64,000 nucleotides of DNA, taken from contig NC_042997.1 of assembly GCF_006345805.1 (NCBI RefSeq), forward strand, positions 18,352,001-18,416,000. Reading direction: 5' to 3'. How positions within the stretch are numbered: the first letter of the stretch is position 1; the number at the start of each line of letters is the position of its first letter. This document shows positions 40,251-51,315 of the stretch, piece by piece. Made by a program: the position numbers and the translations under genes. The DNA comes from Octopus sinensis (taxonomy: Eukaryota). The notes below the pieces were generated by a model, which did no database searches, was not told the origin of the DNA, and saw only the letters and a program-made list of their open reading frames with translations.

Positions 40251-41656
40251 CGTTCTTTATGCTCTAGTTGAGTTCATTTAAATTTGTCAAATTTTGATTA
40301 CTTACACTTGCGTCAGTTTATTTAATTGTCTTTTTTCGGGGTGGGGGTGCTGTTTTTCAAAAATTTATTTTCGTGTTCGGAAATGTTGGGGGCGTATTCG
40401 CTGATACGAACATTATGAATAGTACCTTTTTTCCGCAATCCGGAGATGGTGATACTAAAGCACTAATAAACAAACCTAAAAACCTGTTTGCTCAAAGGTG
40501 TATACAATATAAATGTCAAAGGACGAAACTTGTGTTAGTAAAGTAAAAAGAAAATAAAAATAATCATTATCATGAAGCAAAACCTAGAAGAAAATGTCTT
40601 GTAAGCAAAGTTTCGTGAAACGAAACTATTCACAAGAAAAAGAGTAGTAGTAGCAGCAGCAGTAGTAGTAGTTCGAAAATTACTGTTCAGATATGTCTTT
40701 CTAAGATGGGAGCAATAAATTTTCATTTTATACATTAAACCAATATGACAATTTTTAATTAGTTTTGAGCTATTTCTTTTTTTGCTATGTGTTTTGCAAT
40801 GATAGATTAAGATAATTATATGGATTGGCAGAAAACGAAAGAAAGGAAAAATAGAACTTTTCTACAACTGTTGGCCATGAGAAGTGAACAAATAAAAACA
40901 TATATATTAAATTGTAGATGTCCAAATTATTCATAATTCATGTTCACACGACAAGAAAAAGAGAAAAATTCAAAGCTTCAGCTTATTAATACATGAAAGG
41001 TTAGAAAGATACCGTTAGTCACAAGATCTTTAAGGAATATGATAGCGTGTGTGTGAGAGAGAGAGTATGAATTGAAATATGTACTGTCTATAAAGACAGT
41101 ACATTTTATGCATTAGTCAAAATGTATTTATGACATTTTACATACATACATACATACATATATATGTATAGCTTTTCATGAAGCATTGTCTGATATGTAT
41201 CAATGCCTTAGATTTTTTTAAAGCAAAAATTTCTTGAAGGGGTTTTAACCCTGAAATATTAAATTTCTGGGTAACTACTAGGTAATCAACCGTTACTATT
41301 CATTTTATTACTTGCATCGTTTTGGCATGGGAAAAAATTATCTAAAGCAGACATTTACACACATATATAAATATACATAGATATGTATATGTGCGTGTAT
41401 GTATTTATGTGAATGCGTTAATGTGTTTATAATATATATATATAACACCCACACTATATATATATATAGTGTGGGTGTATGCTGAATACTAGTTGGATTC
41501 AATATTATGTAAATTCAAGTTATGTAGTCTCATCAAACGGACGTAACTCATCAGGCATGCGGGAATGAATTTGGTTGTATGAGTTTCATATGCCATATTC
41601 ATTTGAAATTGTATGGAGCCAAATCAAAGAATTATTAAATAATATACGAACTTCCT

Positions 41657-41872
41657 AGGGCAGTGAGCTGGTAGAAACGTGAACACGCCAGGCAAAATGC
41701 TTAGCGGTATTTCGTCTGTCTTTACGTTCTGAGTTCAAATTACGTCGAGGTCTACTTTGTCTTTCATCCTTTCGGGGTCGATAAATTAAGTACCAGTTGC
41801 GTATTGGGGTCGATCTAATCGACTACCTCCCACACACAAAAAAATTGGGGCTTTGTGCCTAGATTATAAAAG
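41657..41872 (+). mobile_element. SINE family C (variant tail)
   Basis: gggcagtgagctggtagaaacg...ctttcatcctttcggggtcgataaattaagtaccag. Confidence 0.9.
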
Positions 41873-42105
41873 AATATATGTACCTCCTGCCAAGTGTGTT
41901 GACTGCCATTTTCTCTCACTTGTTTATTCATTCATGTAATTATATATATATATATATATTTATATATAGAGGGCATTATACATACATGCCAGAAGGCATT
42001 ATACATACATGCCAAACGCTAAGAGGGACAATTAGTCATTTCTACCAAAAATATTACTAATCCCACCGAATGCAATTTTTCAAAGTAAGACATTTAAAAA
42101 AATAT

Positions 42106-42153
42106 AGACCTGTATCACAGTGATTTCATACTTACGTACTCATCAGCAGGCCT
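42106..42153 (-). ncRNA. Type I hammerhead ribozyme motif (mirror copy)
   Basis: Exact reverse complement of 42190-42237. Confidence 0.85.
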
Positions 42154-42189
42154 GAATGTATTATAAATAAACAACGACCTAATACATTC

Positions 42190-42237
42190 AGGCCTGCTGA
42201 TGAGTACGTAAGTATGAAATCACTGTGATACAGGTCT
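42190..42237 (+). ncRNA. Type I hammerhead ribozyme motif
   Basis: Stem I aggcctg/caggtct; core CUGAUGA (42197-42203); stem II gtac-GUAA-gtat; GAAA (42216-42219); stem III tca-ctg-tga; AUA cleavage triplet ending at 42230. Confidence 0.85.
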
Positions 42238-42501
42238 ATATTTTTTTAAATGTCTTACTTTGAAAAATTGCATTCGGTGGGATTAGTAATATTTTTGGTA
42301 GAAATGACTAATTGTCCCTCTTAGCGTTTGGCATGTATGTATAATGCCTTCTGGCATGTATGTATAATGCCCTCTATATATAAATTAATATGTTCAATAA
42401 GAAATAATTATTTTCGAAATTTTTTCTCTTATGAGGTTTTTACGCTATCTACCTGACAATTTCTTGTTAAGTTTTCCTTATTAAGTGGTTGTCCTTAATT
42501 G

Positions 42502-42565
<64 letters not shown>

Positions 42566-42692
42566 TTAGAGATAAAACCACTATTAGGCAATCAAACAAT
42601 GAAAAACTTAAGCCAATACATAAAATTAATTAATTTATATTATTTTAAATATATATCAAAAGTATTAAAAGATTAATAAATGATAATGATTA

Positions 42693-42767
42693 AAACACTA
42701 CGATCGTTTCGTGGCTGTCCAATCCGTAATAATTCGAGTTATGGTTACAGTCAATCTTCAGGTGATT
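42693..42767 (-). ncRNA. Minimal hammerhead-like motif, PLE type (left arm)
   Basis: cac-CUGAAGA-stem II ttgactgt/acagccac-GAAAC-GAUC-GUA-gtg; the stem II base pair is non-canonical. Confidence 0.55.
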
Positions 42768-43691
42768 GAAATATCTAACATATAATCAGAAATATTTAAA
42801 CAATATTCTTAAGATATAAATAATATAATAATTTTACTTATAATAAACTCTATTATCAAACTAGAAACATAGAACTTCACAATCATTAATAAAACGTAGG
42901 TTCCTCACGCGTAATGAATTCTTCAACAATTTATTCTTTTTTTTGCTAATAACGTAATTCCACGAGTATTCTAATAAACGCTGTAAAGACGTTTTCCGAT
43001 TCAAAATTTTAGTTCATTGCTAAACCTCGTTAAGATAAGTATGTATTTATTTAAGATCTTCAAATTGTAAATTTTAATATTGTATAAGTCTTTAGAGTAA
43101 TAATATTCTCCTTATGTAAATATCGTTGTTTTAATTTAGTTATTTCTTTAAATTGATATTCGCTAGTTATTTCCATTGATAATTATATTTATAGTATTTA
43201 TAGTATTTATTCGATACTATATTACTACGAATTGATTATTTCTAAAAGTATTTTACATAAGATTTCCGAAAGTTCGTTTAAGTTTGTTTATTTGTATTTT
43301 GAAATTAGTTATTTCATCTTTAAATATGAAAAATTAAATTTATTAGGTTTTTATTATATGTGCATATACATTTATTTATAGAGATTATTTTAGATCTTAA
43401 TTATAATATTTATATACATTTATATATTTTCATTGATAATTTATATATATTAGTCATTTTTAAATATTTATGTAATTAGATATAGACTAATACCGATATT
43501 AGATTATGGGTGGGTTTCCTACCTTATAAATTAAAATTAATATTTAACATTATAGTCGATTTTGATATAATCATAATTGTTAAGTTCTATGTTTCTAGTT
43601 TGATAATAGAGTTTATTATAAGTAAAATTATTATATTATTTATATCTTTAAAATATTGTTTAAATATTTCTGATTATATTTTAGATATTTC

Positions 43692-43766
43692 AATCACCTG
43701 AAGATTGACTGTAACCATAACTCGAATTATTACGGATTGGACAGCCATGAAACGATCGTAGTGTTT
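43692..43766 (+). ncRNA. Minimal hammerhead-like motif, PLE type (right arm)
   Basis: CTGAAGA 43698-43704, GAAAC 43749-43753, palindromic GATC loop, GTA 43758-43760; stem I cac/gtg. Confidence 0.55.
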
Positions 43767-43984
43767 TAATCGTTATCTTTTATTAATCTTTTAATACTTT
43801 TGATATATATTTAAAATAATATAAATGAAATAATTTTATGTATTGACTTAAGTTTTTCATTGTTTGATTTGCCTAATAGTGGTTTTATCTCTAATTTAAT
43901 ATAATATATTTTACTATAAAATTGGATTCAATCCTAAATCTGATTTTTCCCTATAATTTTGAATTTATTCCCTAATATTTTATT

Positions 43985-44004
43985 ATATATATATATATGT
44001 TATA

Positions 44005-44072
<68 letters not shown>

Positions 44073-44170
44073 GTATATATATACATATGTATATATATAT
44101 GTATATATATAATATATATATATATATAATATATATATATAAATATATGTGTATATATATATATATATTA
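43985..44170. repeat. (TA)n microsatellite
   Basis: Directly visible. Confidence 0.97.
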
Positions 44171-44403
44171 GAAACAATAGTGACGGGAAGTGGAATACAC
44201 AGGAAACTTTATTGATCACAAAAATCGTTTCGACACATCCTGCATCGCTCTCTCGCATGTAGGAAACTACACAGTTGATGATGTAATAATGTATGGCATT
44301 ACATAAGTTATATCTCGTTCATTCAGATTAACTAGTGTATGTAAACGTGCTTTATCAGTATACTACTAGGGACATACCCAACATGTAATTTTTGATTTTT
44401 AAC

Positions 44404-44443
<40 letters not shown>

Positions 44444-44844
44444 TTAAATAAGAAAATGAAAAAAATGGATAAAAATTTACTTACAGATGATTTTATTTAA
44501 AAACAATCAAATTCATACACAGAAATTCCTACCTACAGCTGTTTCCATACACAATTCTTTAATTTCAGAAATAAAGTTCAAATTCGAAACCAGTTAACTG
44601 GGTATTCTTCAGGGAGAATTTCAAAAGGAAGTTATTTAACAACATGTAGTGTTTGCTTCTTCTTAACATAAGCGTTCCGTAGAAACTGTCATTGCCTTGT
44701 ATATACAAAAATTTCATACTTGACGACCTAATAGCTTGATGCTCAGTGAATAGTGATTTTGATGTTTCAAGCATAGTTCTTTGTCAGAAAGGAGAAATGG
44801 AAATGTCCAAAGAAGGAAAAGAGATTACCAACGACAACGATATA

Positions 44845-44980
<136 letters not shown>

Positions 44981-46230
44981 TTATTCTTACATGCAATTAT
45001 TATTCTTAAATGTTACTATTCTTACAATTATTATTACCTGTAACTACATGTGTGTCGTTGGTAATTTCTTTTCCTTCTTTGGACTTTTCCATTCTCCTTT
45101 CTGATGAAGCCTCACAAAGAGCTATGGTGAAACTGAAGCTTTGAGATCAACCCGGTCTGCAGGTAAACGTAAGCTCAAGAACACCCTGCTTGGTGAATCT
45201 GCACCAACAGAGGTGCCACCTCCTAGGAAAAAAACATGCATGAATAAATTCTATGCAATAACATAACCCCAAATTTAATCAATAAAAATTTCTACAAAAC
45301 ACCTCTCCATGATAACCCACCCTAAAACCTGATTACCACTCCACTCAAGGAATATTTTAATTCAAAATGCAAGATTAATTCCAATGCATCAGTCTGACAA
45401 TGGCTGATACTTTGAAGTCAATGTAAATACTATACTTGGATTTACCAGCAGACCAGGTTGATCTCAAAGCTCTTCAGTAAGGCTTTGAATGTGTCCTTAA
45501 AGCGCTTTTTATTTCCCCCTTCCGTACACTTGCCTTCTGCCAGTTTGCTGTATAACAGTCTCTTTGGGAGTCATATGTCAGGCATTTGAACATACACGCA
45601 CACACACACACACAACACACACACACACTTGGTGTCAATAAAATTAATAAAGCTTCATCTGCAATTCTTGGGATAGAAAGTATTTTGAAATTCAGATTTG
45701 GGGTGATATCTGAATTATTGCATAGTTACATTTATGAAATAGGATAGCTTAGGAATGGGAAGTTATCATTTTATATTTCATAAAATACCTCAAAAGTAGA
45801 GTTGTTCACATTTTACACAAGTTCTCTTTTGAATGACTTGTAACACTTCTATTTTAGGATCTCTTCTTTTTCACCACAACAGAATTGCCTATTTTTATTT
45901 CACTTTCACATGAATTTGTCAACAGCGTATACCAGGTACACATCATTTACAATTTTTCACTTTCATATTAAGATCTACTACAGCAACATGACCACATAAT
46001 TGTAAAAACATTCTCAAATAAATAGTGACATAGCATAGATGCAATCATTTACCTTGACACCGACTTTAAAATATCACTTTAACATTTAAAAGATCAAAAG
46101 AAATTGTAAAATAGCTTCTTGAAATATATAAGATTGAAAGGTGGAAAATAGGGAAATAATTTTAATGAAACATATTTTTGCTGTTTGTTATTGGTTCACA
46201 GAAGTTGAAAAGAGCAGTTGCTTTATAGGA

Positions 46231-46288
46231 TTAAAATAGCAGCCAAAGGTCTCTGAGAAAATAACAAAGATTAAGCCACTCACCTCCA

Positions 46289-46319
<31 letters not shown>

Positions 46320-46634
46320 TTTTTTGAACATATAAGAGAGAAACCAATAAATAAGAGATGTAATGATAATCATGGAGTACAACACTTCCATTTTTGCAAA
46401 TGAATGACATCAATAATAATATTGCTTCAGTAATAAACTTTGAAACAAATGATGATGATATAATTATAGCGAGTATAGTTTTAAAAGAAATCAAGGAAAA
46501 TCTATTAACAGGAACATTTAACTGTTCTTTATCCCTTCTTTTTCTTCTTTCCAGTTTCAGTTTATTCTTTTGAGTAAGAATATTATTTACTTTCCTCAGT
46601 CTGTCATGGTATGCTCTATAAAGCATAGTGCTAC
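46231..46634 (-). CDS. Candidate exon or open frame of unknown origin (GSTMLYRAYHDRLRKVNNILTQKNKLKLERRKRRDKEQLNVPVNRF...)
   Basis: Long polypyrimidine tract plus gatag| at 46635 and the longest non-repetitive ORF nearby; a possible early donor AAA|gtaaat; no family recognised. Confidence 0.25.
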
Positions 46635-46849
46635 CTATCAAACTTAGAATAAAGAGAAAATAAACAGGAAACAGAAAACAAAGAGCTATGGTGAAGCTGA
46701 AGTTAAGGAAGCACAGATAAAGCATTCACAATGTTTAGACCAGCTTGAACAAAATAGAAATGAGAAGCCTGCCAATCTTAGAGGATAGGATAAAAAGATA
46801 GCAAAGAATAAAATGAGAGAAATTAACACTATCATAAGCTATGTACCTA

Positions 46850-47053
46850 TTTCTTTATTACCCACAAGGGGCTAAACACAGAGGGAACAAACAAGGACAG
46901 ACATAGGTATTAAGTCGATTACATCGACCCAGTTCGTAACTGGTACTTAATTTATCGATCCCGAAAGGATGAAAGGCATAGTCGACCTCGGTGGAATTTG
47001 AACTCACAACGTAACGCAGACGAAATACCGCTAAGCATTTCGCCCGGTGTGCT
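46850..47053 (-). mobile_element. Young SINE family C copy
   Basis: Close reverse complement of 36850-37060. Confidence 0.93.
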
Positions 47054-47289
47054 GTACCAATTACTTCTCTCCTGGCAGTAAATAACCAATACAAGAGTGT
47101 TGCAGAAATAGCAGCAAAATAGATTAGCAATAAAACAGGTACATTAAGAACTTGCAGGTAAATACCCTTATGGAAGAGATATAAAAGACAGCATCAAGTG
47201 TTTGAAATAGAATGCAAGTCAACTACAGCTACTTAAGAAACTAAAATATCAGCACTAAGAAACTAAAATATCAGAAAGAAAACGTGTTA

Positions 47290-48010
47290 TGAAGGACAAA
47301 CAGAAAGATGTTAATGTCCAAAACTAGGACCAATAATTTGCATACCATTATGAGAGAAACTGCTTACAATTATAAGATCTATGTGCACTTACAGAGAAGG
47401 TGCCAGGGAAGTTCAAGAAGGGCAAAAAAAAAAATAAAAAAACACAAGTAATCAACAAGATGATTATTGAAAATTGCAAAAGAAAACTATTTCAATGACA
47501 GCATGGATTGATTTTTAAAAAAAAGAAAGCATAAGACATGGCTCCCCACTGTTGTATTCAAAATGTTCAAAAAATGTTTTGAACATTCCAAATTTTCAAA
47601 ACTGCTAATAACAGCACAAAAATAAGTGGATAACTAGGAAACAGGACTAACAGCTGAAGGACACTCCGAAACATCAAAATAAATCAAATTATTTTTCTAA
47701 GTGATAACTCTAGTGTTTGTCACTGCTCTTACCCCAGTCACCCCAGAACAGATACTAGTAAAAGCTAGATATATCTTAGGGAAAGGCCAGGAAGTAGTTA
47801 ACCATTTACAATTCATGAATGAATTGTTATATGGAAAAACTGAAGTTATATGGAAAAACTGAGAGACACTTGGATATTCTTGCTTAATAATATCAGAATT
47901 GGATTTTGTATTTCCAAGAGTGGAATCCTTGTGATAAAGAAGGAAAATACCATGAAAGTGATTGCATAAATTTACTGATCTACAAGATAGAGGAGATTGG
48001 AATGGATAAT
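47290..48010 (+). mobile_element. Heavily decayed RTE-like LINE fragment
   Basis: IRHGSPLL (RQG..SPLLF-like) and a terminal QDRGDWN (AxDRxxW-like). Confidence 0.35.
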
Positions 48011-48366
48011 GGATATTAATATCTGTGAGTCTTAAAAGCTGATGGTAGAAAGGATAAAACAATGAATTTCAAAATCATATGAGACTATTCCTAGACTATA
48101 AAAAAAAGTATTATAAATTCCAAATTCAATGGTATAAATACCATCACTCAAGAGTCATATTCACCATCAGATGCAAAACTAAAATAATCAACTAGACATA
48201 AAAAAATTTTTTAACAATTTCCAAAGCCTTACATATACAAGCATGTGTCGACAGCCTACAGTTATGAGGATGTAAACAAGCACCTCCCTTTCCAGTGATA
48301 GATGCCAAAGAGGAAATAACTACTTGGCATGCATCCATCGATCTGGTTTGGAGACACTCTGGAAGA

Positions 48367-48720
48367 TGTACAGGTGGCAGTGTGCTAAGAAATTTACTTT
48401 CCAACTATATGGTTCTGGGTTCAGTCCAACTGCATGGCAGATGAGCAAGTGTTTTCTGCTATGGTCTTAGGCTAACAAAAGGTTAGTGAGTGGATTTGGT
48501 GGCGGGAAACTGAAAGAAGCTCATTGTGTGTGTGTGTGTGTGTGTCTTTGCATCTATGTCGGTACCTCACCACCACTTGATAACTGGTGTTAGTGTGTTT
48601 ACATCCCTGTAACTTAGCAGTACAGCAAAAGATACTGATAGAATAAATACTAGGTTTAAAAAAGTAAATACTGGGGGGATTTGTTTGATTAAGATTCTTA
48701 TGAGTGGGACCTCAGCATGA
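48367..48720 (+). mobile_element. SINE family A (diverged)
   Basis: Similar to 10649-11010. Confidence 0.85.
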
Positions 48721-48894
48721 CATCCCCTCACAGTTAAAGATAAGCCAACACCAGTAGGGAGACAAACATAAATCCACATATATACATACACACGCACACA
48801 CGTTCACACACACACACACAAACAAACACATACACATTCTCTCTCACACCCACACACATGCACATAGATGCACACACATACGCTATAAGCCTCT

Positions 48895-49040
48895 ACACAT
48901 TTCCGTCTGCCAAAATTCACTTACAAAGCATTAGTCAGTCCAACACTACAGCTGAAGACATTTGCTCAAGGCACTGCACGTGGGACTGAACCTGAAACCA
49001 TGTGGTTGTGAAGCAAACTACTTTATCCACAACCATGCAT
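48895..49040 (-). mobile_element. SINE family A head
   Basis: gggactgaacctgaaaccatgtggttgtgaagcaaac = reverse complement of the head. Confidence 0.8.
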
Positions 49041-49770
49041 TATGAGTAACAGTGCAATACAAAAACAAATCTCTTGTTTGTGAACTGAATGTTTCACACA
49101 TTTTTGATGCTAGTTGAAGCAGTTTTACTTTATTTAATGCCTCTAAGAAAAGCATGAACATCAGAAAATCCAGTGCCAACTACTCAAGAAAATATCTGAA
49201 CTAGCAAATGTATATCTAGTCTGGAATAATAGATTTGGAGTGTTAGTATGAAACATGGCATACACATGTATGTGTCATCCTCAAGCACTTACACACTCGA
49301 ACACACATTTATATACAAACATGTGTATTTGTTTACATCATTTAACACACAGGTACATAAAATGTCACAATAGTTATCTTCAATCAGTCATCCAAATATA
49401 GTTTCAGGTACTATTTTCAAAGTACATGCATAAAAGTCTGTGGATGCATTTCAGTAAATATCTTACAGCTTCTAGCTAGTAAATCATACTTCTTTTTTGT
49501 ACATTTTTTTCATATTTTCTTAGAATATTTTTTTACTTGTAATAAAGCCTTGAGACAAAGTATAACACATTTGAAATATTGGAAAACATGCAAAAAAGTA
49601 AAGTCTACTACCATGCAACTGCATGTCTGTACGTGTGTGTACGTGTGTGTACGTGTGTGTGATTTTGTGTATGTAAAAGTTTGTTTATGCACATGTTTTA
49701 ATGTATCTTTCACTTTCTGTATGTATGTATGTATGTATGTATGTATGTATGTATGTATGTATGTATGTAT

Positions 49771-49910
49771 GCATGTATGATATATAGCACATATGATATA
49801 TTAAAATATCTTAAACATATGTATGTATGTATGTATGTATGCATGTATGATATATAGCACATATGATATATTAAAATATCTTAAACATATGTATGTATAT
49901 ATGTATGTAT
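49771..49910. repeat. Near-exact ~70-bp tandem duplication within (TATG)n
   Basis: gcatgtatgatatatagcacatatgatatattaaaatatcttaaacatatgtatgtat occurs twice in tandem. Confidence 0.95.
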
Positions 49911-51114
49911 GAATGTATGTATGTATCTATACATGATGGAATTACTGGTAATTACTGCTTAAGGGGAGAGAGACGCTTCTACGTTTATTTTTCTTATGCT
50001 GAGAAACCATTATCGAAAGTAAAAGCAGAATACATATATTTCCATGTAATTTTTTTATCTTTTCATGAGATAAAGTCCTTAAAGTCTCTGGTAGCCATAG
50101 ATAGCACAATTTCATCTTCTTTCTGTACTCTTCAGCATGATATAACTCAAGATTTTAAAATTAGTTAATATAAATTCCTTTAAAAATTTAAAACAATATG
50201 TTTTGCTTCTTCTAGCAGTATAGAAAAGAAGGGAAGAGAGGATGTTATTCTAGTAGTGTTGGAATGTATGTAGGGGTATTATATGCATAGATTTTATATG
50301 GTGGTCTGGATGGCTGACCAAATGTCTAAGCCCATATAAGTGTGCATATGTGTCTGTGTGTTTGTTTGTGTATGTTTTGGTTAACCTCTTTGCTAGGTCT
50401 CAGGATATAGTAGTTCAAAGTCAGAGAACTGGTGATAGTCATGATGGGGCCCATATGTACAATAGAAATACTACATTTCATCTGGGCAAGGGCTGAAAAT
50501 CACACTTCTGCATTCAGGTATATGCTAATGTTAGGGCCTAAATGGGCTATCCGACATGCTGAAGTATATGGGAGTGATAAGAATTTCAGTAGAAAAATAT
50601 CAGATTGTAAGATAGTAGACAAGATAGTATCTAGATATTTATAGTGGCTTAAGACAGTCTAAAACAACAGATCCAATTTAGGTTGGATATGCTAATCATT
50701 ATTCATTACAAACACTGCTACTATCGTTAATAGCTAATTCATTCATAGCTTACTGGCATTTTGAAACATTAATGGCTGTTTGGCCATTATTTTATTATAA
50801 TGGTTTGACTAAGTTTTGTTCTGGTATTCAGTGCAAAGTTGACTTTATTTGATGATTCACACCTAACATTGAAATCATGTGATATGGTAGTACCATCCAC
50901 CCATACAGATGATCATTTCATTAGCCAATATAGTTAGTGCTTAATTAGGCGTTTACAGTAGTTTAAGGCGGTCTAAACAACAGGTCCATTTTAGGTTGGA
51001 TGTGCTAATTATTCTCAACTATTTAGTTCACTGCAAAAATCCCTCTGCACAATCAAATACTTTCCTTGCATTCAGAAAATATTATTTCTAATATCATTAT
51101 TTTTCTCATTTCTA

Positions 51115-51315
51115 AGGCAGTGAGCTGGCAGAATCACTAGCATGCTGCCCAAAATATTTAGTGGCATTTCTTTTGGCTTTACATTCTGAGTTCAAATTCT
51201 GCCAAGGTTGACCTTTCAGGATCAATGAAATAAGTACCTGTTGGGCACTAGAACTGATGTAATTGACTAGCTCACTACTCCAAAACTTCAGGTCTTGAGC
51301 CTATAGTGAAAAGGA
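51115..51315 (+). mobile_element. SINE family C (diverged)
   Basis: ggcagtgagctggcagaatcactagc...gagttcaaattctgccaaggttgacc. Confidence 0.8.

Larger units (their letters stand above)
41958..42385. repeat. Perfect inverted repeat: 206-bp arms 41958-42163 and 42180-42385 with a 16-nt spacer
   Basis: Base-by-base reverse-complement comparison showed no mismatch; both outer ends run into TA repeats. Confidence 0.97.
42561..43900. mobile_element. Penelope-like element remnant with ~325-bp inverted terminal arms (42561-~42885 and ~43575-43900), 3' ends facing out into TA-rich flanks
   Basis: The arms are near-identical reverse complements, and each has a hammerhead-like core. The minus-strand interior gives frameshifted GIY-YIG-like peptides (TKLKQRYLHK; LNRK...SKKKNKLLKN). 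Confidence 0.75.

Noticed and set aside
40260-40740. Possible piggyBac terminal inverted repeat region
   Set aside because: No TTAA-CCC terminus or matching opposite end could be located.
41540-41600. Minus-strand GAAAC...CTGATGA as a permuted hammerhead
   Set aside because: Stems II and III cannot be paired.
45101-45145. CTGATGA...GAAAC motif
   Set aside because: Weak stem II, cleavage triplet missing and stem I not formed.
47697-48062. 121-aa minus-strand ORF
   Set aside because: No motif or splice support; overlaps a probable decayed LINE on the other strand.
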